From assembly GCF_006345805.1 (NCBI RefSeq), contig NC_043007.1, positions 53,568,001 to 53,632,000 of the forward strand: DNA of 64,000 bases. Direction: 5' to 3'. Positions 36,221 to 49,852 of this stretch are shown here, piece after piece. Each line of letters starts with the position of its first letter. The first letter of the stretch is position 1. The position numbers were made by a program, and so were the translations under genes. This stretch comes from Octopus sinensis. Its lineage: Eukaryota. The notes below the pieces were generated by a model, which saw only the letters and a program-made list of their open reading frames with translations, was not told the DNA's origin and did no database searches.

Positions 36221-37567
36221 CACTGGTCAACAAAAAAAGATTTATTATCTGCTACCCAGTCAAATGGTGCTATGCTAATCTAAATTGAGTACGCTGATTC
36301 TGAATCTGAACTCAGAATTGCTGTAGCGTGTCAGGATTTTGAGTTTTGCACATAATTATATATTAGTACTGTATATAGTAAATTTATGTTCAAGGCAAAT
36401 AGTATTATAATATAATGGTATGTAGTATATTTATGTTATGGGGATACTCACTTTATTTTTGATATGCTCAGCACAGAAATGTTTGAGACACTTGCCCTTG
36501 TGCTTATACATTGTGTAGGAACCAGTAGTAGTCACATAATTATATATTAGTACTGTATATAGTAAATTTATGTTCAAGGCAAATAGTATTATAATATAAT
36601 GGTATGTAGTATATTTATGTTAAGGGGATACTCACTTTATTTTTGATATGCTCAGCACAGAAATGTTTGAGACACTTGCCCTTGCGCTTATACATCGTGT
36701 AGGAACCAGCAGTAGTCACCCATCATGTGTGGATTGAACCAGCCTTGATACCTTGTTTTCATCTCAGATATATCCTGGTAGAACTGCTCATTCGTTGGAA
36801 AACATCGCGATGAGAATGCAAGAAGTGCATTTTAAGGGACATTCAGCATCCCATTCTTTCATATGCTGTTAGCATGTTGTTTATTAAATCAGCATAGTTT
36901 TCAACTCTATGATTTCCAAGAAAGTTCTGTACAACTAACATGAATGAATGCAATGCTGTCAACTCAACTGGATTCAGTTTACCTCTGAATTTGCAAACAG
37001 ATATCAATTCTCTGATCTTGAGTCAAATGAAAATGCCTGCTTTCAGTCTTGTGTCACTTTTCTCTGCACCAAATTTTACTTTTAGGTACTGGAAGCCACA
37101 ACAATTGTGTGCCGTTGCTTTTATGAAGTTTTTCGTGAGGCCAAGTTTGATGTGAAGGGGTGGAAGGGAGATCTTTTACGGGCCTACCAGTGGCATATGC
37201 TGCACATTGTACCAACCAACTATGTGCTTGTCTCTTTTTGGCCAGTCTTTTACAGTGTAATGATTACTGTCATCATGGCTGTTTCAAACACACAAGAAGC
37301 ACATATTTTGGTATATCCCAGCTGCAGTCCTAGGATGAGGGAAATCACCTTTAAATCATCACAAATATTCTACTTGTGAACTGAGTAATTAACTCCTTTC
37401 AGAAAGAGTTCCATTGATTCATAAGTTTCTTCCATACCGACATGACCCACAGGAATGGAAGGTTTTTCATTACCATTATGTGACAACACAGCTTTGAGGC
37501 TAACCTTACTCGAGTCTATAAACAGGTTTTCAAACCAATGCTTGACCTCTTCAGTACACTCCCACAA
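36221..37567 (-). mobile_element. Chapaev/CMC-like DNA transposon 3' part
   Basis: LFIDSSKVSLKAVLSHNGN..PSIPVGH, ICDDLKVI...LQLGYTK, PPLHIKLGL..NFIKA, MSLKMHFLHSH; CACTG terminus at 36221. Confidence 0.65.
36349..36719. repeat. Tandem duplication, 2 x 184 bp
   Basis: cacataattatatattagtac at 36349 and 36533. Confidence 0.9.
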
Positions 37568-37585
37568 ATATATGTCAACATACTT

Positions 37586-37640
37586 CCCATGCTAGCATGG
37601 AAAACGGACGTTAAACGATGATGATGACGACGACGACAAT
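37586..37640 (+). mobile_element. RTE extreme 3' tail
   Basis: cccatgctagcatggaaaacggacgttaaacgatgatg. Confidence 0.85.
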
Positions 37641-38385
37641 ACTTCCTAACTAGAGCAATTACTCCAATATTTTCTTACTGTTTCTACCTATGTAGATTTA
37701 GAGAGACTCATTTGTCAATGGATGGTTTAATTAGAAAATTTGGCTTATAGTCTTTAAGAAGTGAGGACGTTTTGGAATTATATGACTTCCTTCTGTTATC
37801 CACTCAGGCACTTAAAGTATTGGATCTAAAAGTATTAGAGTTCGCTTTATAACTTTTATACAATTCTTTAGAGATGAAAATTTTATACAAATGGGGCTTC
37901 ACAGTGTAGATGTTTCCAATTTTGTCAGATAGTACATGTTGTACTTCTTAATATTTTACATATTAATATTCTACATATTTCGTGATGTTCTGCAGAAATT
38001 CATTGTGAAATTTCCTAACTCTCTTTCAAAGTTCTCCAGTAGCTGGTTATTGGGTAGTATTTGTAGGTGTGTAAATTATATACAGATTGATGCTTCTCAG
38101 ATCATCAAACCAGCTTGTTTTGCTTTGTTCTGACATTGCATGATAGTTGTAAATGTGTCTCCCTGTAATAAAAGTGGCGCCATTTGCTTCCAGTCTTCCA
38201 TGGAAATATGTCTAATCATGGAGAAATATTACCTTGCTTGAAAACAAATAATGGTTGACAACACGACAGGCATCTGGGCATGGAAAATCTGCTTCAACAA
38301 ATTCTGTTTGACACATACAAGCATGCAAAATGAGCATTAAAATGATGACATACATACCTGAGATACAAGCATGCATATTTATGCA

Positions 38386-38430
<45 letters not shown>

Positions 38431-38578
38431 ATTTGACATGGGTGATTCTTTCTTGTCTTCGGATTCACGGTCAAACGGCTGGGTGGAATTGCATGAAAAA
38501 TTACATAGATATGTAGAATGATCCGGTGGTGTTGCTGGGCTTTGTACTTTTTCAAGGCTCCCATGGTTACCGAGATAA

Positions 38579-39023
38579 TCTACTATAATAATACTCTTGT
38601 GTTTATGAATGAGAAAGGAAGGGGTGATAGATGAATAAGGAAGGAAGGGGTGATGTCATACTTGGTAGTAGAATGATGAAAATTGTATGCTGAAAAAATA
38701 AATCAAATAGCGTTTCAACTCAGTGTGAATATATGTGTGTGTGTATGTAAAAGGGGTGAATGTGTGTGTGTGCATGTGCATGCACAATGGAAGTGGGATG
38801 GCTCATCTTTGTTTGCTTAGTATTTGGGTTTATTTTTTAATTTGGTTGAATCTTGCTTGGTTTTTTTTTGTTGGTCAGTTATTTTTAGCGTTTTGACAGA
38901 AAAAAGTCATTCTAAAATTGCTTTTTAATGTAAGCATGCCCAAACAAGTTGAATGCTTATACAGAGCATGTTTTACAGCCACATCATCCAAACCGACCAG
39001 GTGAAACCGGGTTTAGCTGCTAG
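38579..39023 (+). mobile_element. Non-autonomous Helitron
   Basis: TC-tactataata start; accgaccaggtgaaaccgggt hairpin then gCTAG. Confidence 0.6.
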
Positions 39024-39158
39024 TATATATATGCATGTACAATGATATCTAACATGTTTGTGTATATTCAAACATGGGAAGAGATTTCACTGCAGAAATA
39101 GTCTTTGTAGAAATTACACATACACACACACACATATGTAGATATATGTAATCATGTA

Positions 39159-40434
39159 TTGAGTTGTCCGGAAAGTTCGGGCCAATTTTTAAAGGAAAGA
39201 GAAAGGTCAATAAATTCTTGCCATTACATTTTTAATCAACCAAATATGAACCATTTTGTTGCACAATGCATCTCCATCTTTCCTTTAACTTGAAAATACC
39301 CTCTTCCCAGAATTGAGGTGGTTTCATGGCAAAGAATTCATCAAGGTATCTTTTTACGTCATCCAAGGAATTAAAATTTTTACCATTAAGACTACTCTGC
39401 AGAGACCTGAATAAGTGGAAATCCGAAGTAGCAATATCTAGTGAATATGGAGGGTGGGGTAACACATCCAGCCGAGCTGCAGCAATTTTTGTCTGGTTCC
39501 CAAAGAAACGTGCAGTTTTGCATTATCATGTTGGAAAACAACACTCTTCCTGTTGGTCAATTCTGCATGTTTCTCTTGAATTGCTGCTTTTAACTCGTCC
39601 AGTTATGTGCAGTATTTCTCAGAATTAATTGTCTGGTTACTTGGGAGATGCTCATAGTACAGAATTCCTTTCCAATCCCACCAGACACAAAGCAAGACTT
39701 TTTTAGGGTGAAGATCCGCTTTTGGGGTAGCCAAGGGTGGCTCATGTCGCTTACTCCAGGATCGCTTTCTCTGAACATTTTGGTAGATAATCCATTTCTC
39801 ATCACCTGTCATAATTTGCTTTAAAAAAGGCGCGTTTTCATTCCATTTATAAAGTGAATCACAGATGGAAATGCGATCCAAAAGGTTCTTCTCACTCAAC
39901 TCATGTGGTACCCAAACATCATAGTGATTTGTGTATCCAAGCTTTACCAGGTGCTCATGAACAACAGATTTTGATAAGTTGAGGCATTCTGCCAATTTTC
40001 GGGTTGTGCAATGTGGGTTATTTTCAATTAATGACTTGTTTTGGTCATCATCTGTAGTGGATGGTCTACCTGGTCGCTTTTTATCAATAAGGCTACAATC
40101 TCCAGTTCAGAACCTTGCGAACCACTTCCATACAGTTCTTTCGGATACAGAAACATCACCGTAAATTGTACATATTTCTTTGGTTGCTTGTGAGGCAGTT
40201 TTCCTTTTATGGAAAAAGAAAAGCATCTAGTGCTGAAAATGAACTTTCATATCTTCCATTTTAAAGGGTTACAGAATTAACACAGGAACATAAACCTTCT
40301 TCCATGAAAAGATACCTTAAACTCTGCTCTAAATGGAAGTGTAGTCAAATCCTATTTTATGGACTCAACCATGTTCTAAAATAAGTCGAAAGGTAAGCTA
40401 CTATAAATCGACTCAAACTTTCCAGACAACCCAA
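39159..40434 (-). mobile_element. Full-length decayed mariner (1276 bp, TA-flanked)
   Basis: TIRs ttgagttgtccggaaagtt / aactttccagacaacccaa; [29 protein letters not shown]. Confidence 0.9.
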
Positions 40435-40924
40435 TATATATATACAACTTGTGTCATATGTCACAAACGTGTAAGACAATATCTGGACTTAAAAGATTCC
40501 AAAGGGCAAAGATGTAGAAGAAACTTGTTTTACACCCTGTCAGTCAGCACCTCGTCTTAAAAGTTATCTGAATGCTAATCAACAGAGGGACTGTTCTGTG
40601 TGATGGGATGTGGTGTGTGCGTTGATGGGACAGCTTTCATCTGTCACGATGAAGCAATCATCATAATCATCATCTATATATATGTAGTTGTGTGTGTATA
40701 TATATACATGTATATCTGTGTGTATATATATATATATGTGTGTGTGTGTGTTTATATATGTATGTATGTATATTGTATGATATTCTCTAAGTTCATTTAC
40801 AGGAAACGTTTTTGAGTATACATATGAAAGTTCCTATTTTATTATGTTGGCTATAACCTAATGATACCAACTTGCAATAGCAGTTTTATGGAGTTGTAGT
40901 GACATAATGTAATATATAGTAATT

Positions 40925-43858
40925 ATAATAATAATCCATGGATTGAATTTATAAATATTTTAATGCATTGCTACGTGCATTTCCACAAATTACATGTTTC
41001 TTACAATCGTAGTCCATATTCCTGGAATGATTGCAGTACGGTCTGTAGTATCCATAGACATTGAGTGGATCATAATTCATGGGTTCATTTCCTCAGGCAA
41101 TATCGCATTAATGTTGGAAGCAATGAGTGTATTACTGAAGGTTGTTTATCACAGTCACAGCATGATGATGAGAATGGAAAGGGAGGAATGTGTGGTGATG
41201 TTAGACTTATTTTGATATTTTGGGATTCAAATATTAGGATGGGTAGTATAGTTCTTTTGTTTGATCATAGTCTCAATAGGCATCTCGTCAATGAACTCAG
41301 ATATAGTAGGGTCAGAAAGTACAGCCATTTTGCTGTTGAAGTTCATTGTCTTAGTTGACAAACGGTGTTTTCTTAAGGTGTCTTTTAATTACTTTTGGTG
41401 GTACAGTGTATTTTCCATATAGCATAGGAAAATAATGATTATTTTCTTTAGTTGGTTTATTTCTTTTGCTTTTATTCCATTAGATGCAAATGCCAGTTAG
41501 TGTTTTTCTGTTTCAAAATGTTCTTTTTGAATTCTAGGAAAGATGCCTTGCTTTTATGCTTACATGATATAATTGTTTCAGAATGTCTATTAATTATGTT
41601 TTCTCTGGATGTGAGTGGCTAGAAGCACTATAATAGAATGCAAAGGCAAACTTTGGACCCAGTCCAACAGGGAAGATTCATTTGACATAATAATGGAGTC
41701 TAGTGATTCAGCACAAGTAATGGATATAGTAGAAATATATTTATCCCAATTGAATTTTGGTGGGAAGGGATTATACAGTGATGATGCATTATTTACAGTT
41801 CAAAAAGTAGTAACATAGAACTAGAAAGATGTAAGACAAAGCTTTTTAAAATTCTTTAAGAACTTTGACTGGAAATAGAAATAAATCATAGAATTGTAAA
41901 ATTCGTGGACATGGAAAAGTTTGAACTGTTCCATAAGCCAAATGAAAACTTAAAATATGTGAGCCACGGATGTAACCATCCAGAACATATACTTTGAAGC
42001 AACCTGAGAAGTGAGTCTAACAATATCCTGACTATCCACGGATGAACAGATTTTCAACATGCATGCCGAGTATTACATGTCAGCACTAGCTAGGGTGGGA
42101 AATAAGGATAGAATAGTATATGTACAGAATAAGACAGAGAAGGCTAAATACCCAGAGAGTATTTAGAGGTAATCCTGTAAATAACCACAGAATACCAAAC
42201 CCTAAAAAAACAATATATGTAATAGGGATGAAAATGGAAAAATGGAACCACAACACTAAGGGTAGAAAGAAAAGGACTAATAAGCATAGACAGAAATAGT
42301 AAACAAATAGTAGAATCAGATAAACAAAATATTGTAACAAATCCAATAAATTTATTAAAAGAAATGGTAAAATAATAAGTGATGAGATTATTTGGTTTAA
42401 CCCAATTTTCAATTCACAGATAAAGTCCAAAACAGGAATTTTTCTCAGTGTTAGACACTTGCTTCCCCAAATCTTCCAAATACTACAAAATCATCAACAA
42501 GCATAATGTGAAATTAGCATATGCAAATTCTCACAATCTAGAATATTACACACACAAATTAAATAGCATAAAACTCAATACAATAAGACTAGAGGGGGCT
42601 TATGGAAAACTGCAGATCAAAACAAAATAAACAATGATGGAGTGGTTGCAATTAGAAATGATAAAAGCTCCTCCATAACAGAAATGGGTCCAGACAGTGT
42701 CATACAATTGGCATTGCAATCCATACCTAAGGAAAAAGAGCACACTGTTACAGGAGGAAGAACAAATGTGAGCACTAATAATAACTCCATTTAGAGAACT
42801 GGAAAAGATAATATAACATATAACTACAAACAGAAAAATGAATGCAAGTTTAATAACAATGGCATGGTAAAGAATGCAGTTTACAAATATGAAGTGAAGA
42901 TGGGTACACAAAAATACATGATAATGGAGACACTATGAAAGATTGTCTGCATAACTATCTTATATCATTTTCTAATGTAAACAAAAAGCATCCAACATCA
43001 TCTAACCTCATCTGGAGGCTCAAACAGAATGGAGTGGAGCATACAACCAACTGGTTCATAATAAAAACACTACACCATACAACAGAACATCGCAGGTGTG
43101 CAACTTATGCCTAGAAGAAACCCTGGAAAACATCACATCCAGAGAAAAAATTTCTGAAGTAATTATATTGTGTAAGCATAAATGCAAGACATCATTCCTA
43201 GAATTAAAAAAAAAACATTTTGAAACAGAAAACAGTAACTGGTATTTGAACAAAAGTAGAACAAATAAGCCAACTAAAGAAAATAACCATTTTTTTCCTA
43301 TGCTCTATGGAAAATACATTGTACCACCAAAAGTAATTAAAAGATACCTTAAGAGAACACCATTTGTCAACTCAAGCAATGAACTTCAACAACAGAATAG
43401 CTGTACTTTCTGACCCTACTACATCTGAATTCATTGACGAGATGCCTATTGTGACTATGATCAAACCCAAGAACTGTACTACCCATCCTAATATTTGAAT
43501 CCAAAAATATCAAAATAAGTCCAACATCACCACACATTCGTCCCTTTCCATTCTCATCATCATTCCTTTTTCTTTCCATCACCTTCTACTCCTCCCCATG
43601 AGGTACTCATTAAACTATCTACATACCCCAATCAACCTTGTCATTGGTGAAAATTGATAAACAACCTTCAGTTACACATTTGTTGCTTCCAATGTTAATG
43701 AGGAAATGAACCCATGGTGTATGATCCACTTGATGTCCACGGATACTATGGACTGTGCTTTACTCATCCCAGGAATATAGATAATGATCATAAGAAACAT
43801 GTAATTTGTGGAAACACACATATCAATGCATTAAAATATTTATAAATTTAATCCATGG

Positions 43859-43870
<12 letters not shown>
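40925..43870 (+). mobile_element. Penelope-like element with inverted pseudo-LTR at its 5' end
   Basis: RT remnant FDIIME..SDSA..GLYSDD at 41615; C-terminal VCNLCLEE...CKHK; 40925-41614 is the reverse complement of 43133-43870. Confidence 0.8.
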
Positions 43871-43891
<21 letters not shown>

Positions 43892-45310
43892 GTTGCCTTT
43901 GCACAGCTTCTAATGCTGGAGATGTACTGCGGTTTCAGCTGTTGACTACCAGTGAACTAAGATAACACCTCTTATTTTTTGAGCACCTTCCAGACTATTC
44001 AGGCAGTTCCAAGCTGTGCTGTTTTCTGCAAGAGCTCCACCCTTATTGCAGTCCCTATTTGTTCCACGTACTTCTCAAAATTTTTACTCACTGTTTCCAG
44101 GGCTCCAACAATTATTGGTACTACTACTACCTTTTTCATTGATCACAACTACTTAACTTCCCTAGCTAACCTGTCATATCTCTCAACTTTTCTTTCTTCC
44201 TTATCACATACTTTGTTGTCAGCTGGGTATGCTATATCTATGATCCAGCATAGTTTGTTTTCTTTCTCAATTAAGGCTATGTTTGGTTTCCTATTCTCTA
44301 TCTCATGGTTGCACTGAATCATAAAATCCCTGAGAATCTTAGCATTTTTATTTTCGACGATGCCTTCGGGTTTTTGGCAATTTTTTGCTGTCAAGTCCAT
44401 ATTTGTTGCAAAGTGTCCAATGGACGAGCCTGGCTATATTGTCATGGCATCTCTTATATTCCTTCTGGGCTAGTGGCATACATTGGCTGTTATATGCCAT
44501 ACGGTTTCACTATTTTGTCCACAGATTCTGCACTTATCACTTTCTGTGTTGTCTATTCTGTATTTTATATAGTTTGTTCTTAGTGCTTGCTCTTGAACAG
44601 CACAGATTAGAGCCTCCGTTTCCAGTTTTAGATGACTTTTAGTCATCCACAGCCATCTTTCTTCTCCATCTGTCTTATCTTCAACATCCTTATGAAATTG
44701 ACCATGCATTATTTTCTTTACCCACCTATTTTCAATTTCATTCGTTTTCAATTTCTTGTACTGTGCTTTATCTTTGCAATTTTTCATCCTGCACAAGCCT
44801 GACCTTCTTACTTTTAATAATAGTGGTTCTGTGGCATTTTTCACATACCATGCTATGTTGTTTTCTTCTACTAATGCTGTGTTCACATCCAGTAAGTCCT
44901 CTTCCCCCTCTTTTTCTTGGTACATACAGTCTGTCTTTGTCACTTTCGGGGTGGAGAGTCCCATATCTAGTTAGCAACTTCCTTGTCTTTCTGTCTAAGC
45001 TGTTTAGTTTGTCTACTGTCCATGTGATTACCCCTGCTCCATATCTAAGGAATGACACTGCCCAGGTGTTGATACCTTCAATCTTATTCCGTCTGTTTAA
45101 TTTCGACTTATGGATCAGTCTCAGTCTGCACAAGCACTCCACCTTAAATTTTTCGGTCATTTCTTTCTCCATCAATTTATCCATTTTTAAAATCCCCAAG
45201 TACTTATAGCCCGTCTCTTCTATCTGCTTCATAACCTCCCCTGATGGTATTGTTAGCCTGTCCATACATTTGATTTTGCCTCTCTTCAAAACTAACACAC
45301 CACACTCTCT
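43861..45310 (-). mobile_element. R4/Dong-clade LINE, 5'-truncated, with (TAA)n tail
   Basis: GYKYLG, RLYVPRKRGGRGL, QEQALRTN...CRICG..SETVWHI, PEGIVEN..AKIL.DF...KPNI...IIDIAYP (RLE endonuclease). Confidence 0.85.
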
Positions 45311-45412
45311 TCTGTTGTTGTTGTTGTTATTGTTGTTGTTGTTGTCGTTGTCGTCATCGTTGTTTGTATGTATGTATGTGTATACATGCATACATATACA
45401 CAAACATACACA

Positions 45413-46687
45413 TATAAGGTGCATTCCAGAAGTTTTATGATTTTTTCAGGAAAGACATTTATTAATTTGAAAGAAATACAAAACTCTAATTTCCTTCAAA
45501 GTAGTATCCTTTCACTTGAATGCACTTGTTGCACCACTCCAACCACTTTGTGAAGGCCCCATGGTAGTCCTCCAAAGTGAATGTGTTCAGGAGCCTTGTC
45601 ATGGCCTCCTTCATCTTCCCAATGTCTTCAGAATGATTGCCTCTAGGATCCTTCTTCAGCTTGGGAATCAACCAAAAGTCACAGAGAGCAAGATCTGGAC
45701 TCTAGTGAGGGTAAGAGACAGTTTTGATGCCAATCTCTGTCAAATAGTTGGTTACCAGGATGGAATTGTGGACTGGTGTAGGTACCACCGACCCATGTGA
45801 AAGAGCTCTGGACATTTGCAACAAAATCTCTTTCTGAACTTTCTCAAAACCTCAACAAAATACTCTTTGTTGACCACTTGGCCAGAGGGAATTCAATGGA
45901 TATAGATGATGCCCTTGCTGTCAAAAAAGAGAATCATCATGAACTTCCCAATTGACTTGCTTTGTCTGGCCTTCTTAGGTCTGGGGGAGCCGAGATGCTT
46001 CCAGTGGGCACTCTGTCTCCTGGTCTCTGGATTTTTATCACATGTCACCAGAGATTGAAGTATTCTTGGATTAGAGGCAATAGGCTCAACCATCTCCTTG
46101 CTGTCACCAATGTGTCTTTCTTTCTGTTTTTCATTGAGTACCCTGGGAACATACTTTGCATAGATTTTGTGCATGTTCAGATCTTCATGAATAATCATGT
46201 GTACACTTTCCACACCAGCTCCAAGTTGTATGCCTATCCAGAAAATTGTGAGTATTTTCAACCAGCTCTGATGTTCTGATGTCCTTCAACCTCCCACACC
46301 TTTCATTGCCACTTCGCTACCATCCCTGAACCTCTGGTGCCATTGTAAAACAGATGCTTGGCTCATATAAGCTAATCCATAAACAGTCTGGAATATTTCA
46401 TAAATTTCTGTTGCATTTTAACACAAAACTTTAATGTGTAGTGAGCTTCCAAATTGTCTTCATGTTCCAACTGCATTCTGCAAACTAGTTAGTAGTGATA
46501 AGCAGTGCTTAGTAGGGTGTATTTAAAGTGTCGCTACAGCCATCTCCATCAACCTGGAATTTAAAAAATGTTGGCAAGTCAGCTTATTAAATGTATAATA
46601 ATGATATACTAAAATTACAATAATCTAAGAGAGTTACAACTGCCTCTCCTAAAAAAAGTTTTAAAACTTCTAGAATGCACCTTTGTA
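45413..46687 (-). mobile_element. Full-length decayed mariner (irritans-like)
   Basis: TIRs aaggtgcattccagaagtttta / taaaacttctagaatgcacctt; YVPRVL, VTCD, FFDSKGII, GYYFEGN. Confidence 0.85.
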
Positions 46688-47079
46688 TATACTATATATA
46701 TTCAAACCAAAAACACACAGACAAATACATATAACCATTCTGTGATTGTTGTTAATTTCTAGAGTTTCTCGTCTGATTTTCCAAGCATATTGTTTTAATG
46801 TGTTTAAATTGCTTTGGCCATTAGGCTTCTCTTTTGTCTTGTCACTGCAATAATATATTTGCAGCCAACCAAAGTACCTTTCAACTGTATCAGTATTATG
46901 TGCAAGTTCTTCATTCTTCAGGTTTCATACTTTTGCTATTTGTTATTTGAGACATATTACCTGATATGACTTGATGTACATTTCATAGTCTTTTAATTTA
47001 GCTGATCATCATATTTTATTTGTGAATTCATTAAAGAAGCTTTGCTCATTTTTCCATAAACATGAATTTCTTTTCACAG

Positions 47080-47097
47080 CCTCAAGATCCAGTTAGG
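47080..47097 (+). other. Candidate 18-nt microexon (PQDPVR in phase 0)
   Basis: tttcttttcacAG acceptor and AGG|GTATGT donor. Confidence 0.25.
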
Positions 47098-47589
47098 GTA
47101 TGTAATTTCATTTCATTTCTCCATTGATACCCCACCACCACCACTCAAAAAATGGTGTTTGCATCCCTTTTATTTTAATTTTGTTTCCACTCAATTGACC
47201 TGTAAAATGCTTGGTCTAAAAGCACTGTTGAAATATTACTAACTATTTGCTGTTAACAATGGGTTTTTTTGGCCAGTATTTTATGCATGTTAAATAAATG
47301 TTTGCCTTGAATTATGGATTTTACCTATAAAAATTTATATGAGATCTTCAAATTGCTTTTGTATTTGCATGTGTGTAGGCATGCTAATGAATGTATATAA
47401 TTTTTACATAAAGAAGAATGATGTGACTGACACCAAAGTGTCAGAAATGCTGATTCTTTCAATAAATATAAATATGCTATATTCTGAAATGACTCTAATA
47501 ATTTTGTGTACAGAAAATGGTTAATATTGTGCTGAGTCAAAAGTTTTGAATTATTTTCATAATTTATTTGCTTTATTTGTCAAGTTACA

Positions 47590-48275
47590 ACAAAAGCAGC
47601 CTAGCATTCAAAGTAGAGGCCATCATGTTGTGCTGTCTGAAGCCACCTTTCTGCCTGTTGTTTGATCCCTTGCTTGATCCCAGTTCTTGTACTCCTTTCT
47701 GCCTGTTGTTTGATCCCAGTTCTTGTGCTCCCACCTCCTCTTGGTTGATGAGGTGTTGTGAATGCAGGAAGTGAGCCATGGATCAGAACAAGTAATAATC
47801 CAAATGCGCTAGGTCTGGACTATATGCTGAGTGTGGCATCTGTTTGATTCCCTCAAGTTTCTGGAGTTTATTTTGGGTCATTTGAGTGGTATGAGGTCAT
47901 GCATTGTCTTGCTGCAGAAGAGCTTGCTTTCTGTTAACCGATGCTGGGTATTTTTTCCGCACAATGGCATGCATCCGCCCCAGCTATTAGGAGTACAGCT
48001 TGGCATTGAAGGTTTGAACATCCAGAACAAAGCTGTAGTGAATTATCTCCCTATTACTCCACCAGATGCAGAACACCACATTGTGTGTGAAATGCCTATC
48101 TTTGGTTTTGGAAGTTGACCCTTGCTTAACCACTGTTTATGCACATTTGGATTGTGGGAAAATATCTCCCTTGGAGATGAGGTCTCTAGTGGATCTAGTT
48201 CTACAGAAACTGGGCAGCAATCACTTACAATGGAAAGAGAAAGCAAATATAAAATAGTAAGGTAAGAGAGCATAT
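47590..48275 (-). mobile_element. Mariner transposase remnant
   Basis: HNPNVHKQWL...PKP, QQDNA.PH, YSPDLAHLDYYLF-like, DGLYFE end. Confidence 0.7.
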
Positions 48276-49852
48276 ATAATTGCTTCCATTATCTTAAAGT
48301 TGTTGGAAATGATGGTCAGCAAAATAAGTATAGACTTCTTTTGATGAACTTTCATCAAGTTAAAGTCAAGAATAAAATTACTAAATTAGTTAAACTATAG
48401 GAAGTTGTGTTACATATGTAACATGAAGTCAATTTTGGCTAACTTAAATAATTTTATAAATATTGTATAAATATGGGGTATATATTGCATGAGAGAAGGG
48501 CACAAGCTGCTTCTAAAATAAATACCTGGTTTTTGATTCACTTTTACAAGTATTTCACTTCTCATATCACTAATGTTATTGAAAAAGAAATGAACACTAT
48601 AACTCTTTTAAGCAAATGACTCAATTGTACAAATGAATAAATTATCCTTTTAATCTTTAGATAGCATAAAAGTTATTTTATTTACTTATAAAATATGTCT
48701 TTTTGGCTTGGTTGGTATAAGAATTTGTTTCCCACCTTGTTTTTTAAATAATAGTTAACTCTAAAGTAATAGAAATACAATAGCTACAACCTTTAGCAAT
48801 TATATATGCTGTTACAGTACTTGAAAAAGGAAATGTTGAATTTTGAACTAAGATTTTAAGAAAAATGTGACACCAGAATTATATAGCTATTGTTCCTAAA
48901 CAAAAAAATGATAATAATTTGCTACATTTAATGTCTTAATTAAGTGCTTTTGTCAACAAGAGTGATAACAGTTACCAAGCTAAATGTTTCTAATAGTATC
49001 TGTCCGAATTTTTTCTTCATTGTTTATATTTACTGATTAATCTCTGACCAAACCACTTACTTAACACAAAAAGTTAGTTTGGCATTAATAAACAAGTGGA
49101 ATTGATTCAGTAACTTACTAATACTTATTGAACTGCCAATGAAATTGTGAGTAAAATCAACCTTGGTAAAATCCAGATTCAGAGATGTGAAATTAAATAT
49201 TGTAATGCAGCCTTCCCCACTTCTTCTAGATTGCTATCTTTATTCATTTGTAGCTAATTAAGTTCATTTGTTTTATTTAAATGTTGACAAATTAAAAGAA
49301 AATATATAAAAATTTTCCAACTTTATTGTTCTTGCCTGCATCTTCATAAAGATAGTTTTGACTGTTAAAATATACAAAAATAATGTGTAGTCATACAAAA
49401 GTAATGTTCAATGAAACTTTTGTCTTAAACAAAGTATGATTTTGGCTTTATAAATGAGCAGCTGAGTAACATAGAATGATGAGAATTGAGCATTACTGAA
49501 CATTAATAAACTTACTAGATATACATTATACTATAATATCGCTAGAACACTGCCTTGAGACAGGTCATTATATTATTGTAAATTATACCTTCTGTTTCAC
49601 TTTATCTTCTACAAAGAATTGTTAGTTCCTAACAAGAATAGCAATAAACATCCATGTTTGTCTTGATTTAAGTGAAATGTTCAAGTAGATTAAGATACTG
49701 CACTGCCAGTTCATGGTCTAAGAGTTCAAATTGCTTCTGGTATTTTATTTTGCATCTGATCAAAACACTGTTGTGTCTGTCCACCTATTTGTTTGTGTGT
49801 GTGTGTATGTGGATGTGTGTGTTTGTACATGTGCATGCACATATATATATTA

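Noticed and set aside
49660-49750. Minus-strand peptide CKIKYQKQFELLDHELAVQYLNLLEHFT* after a weak acceptor
   Set aside because: Looks coding but there is no recognisable homology or partner exon.
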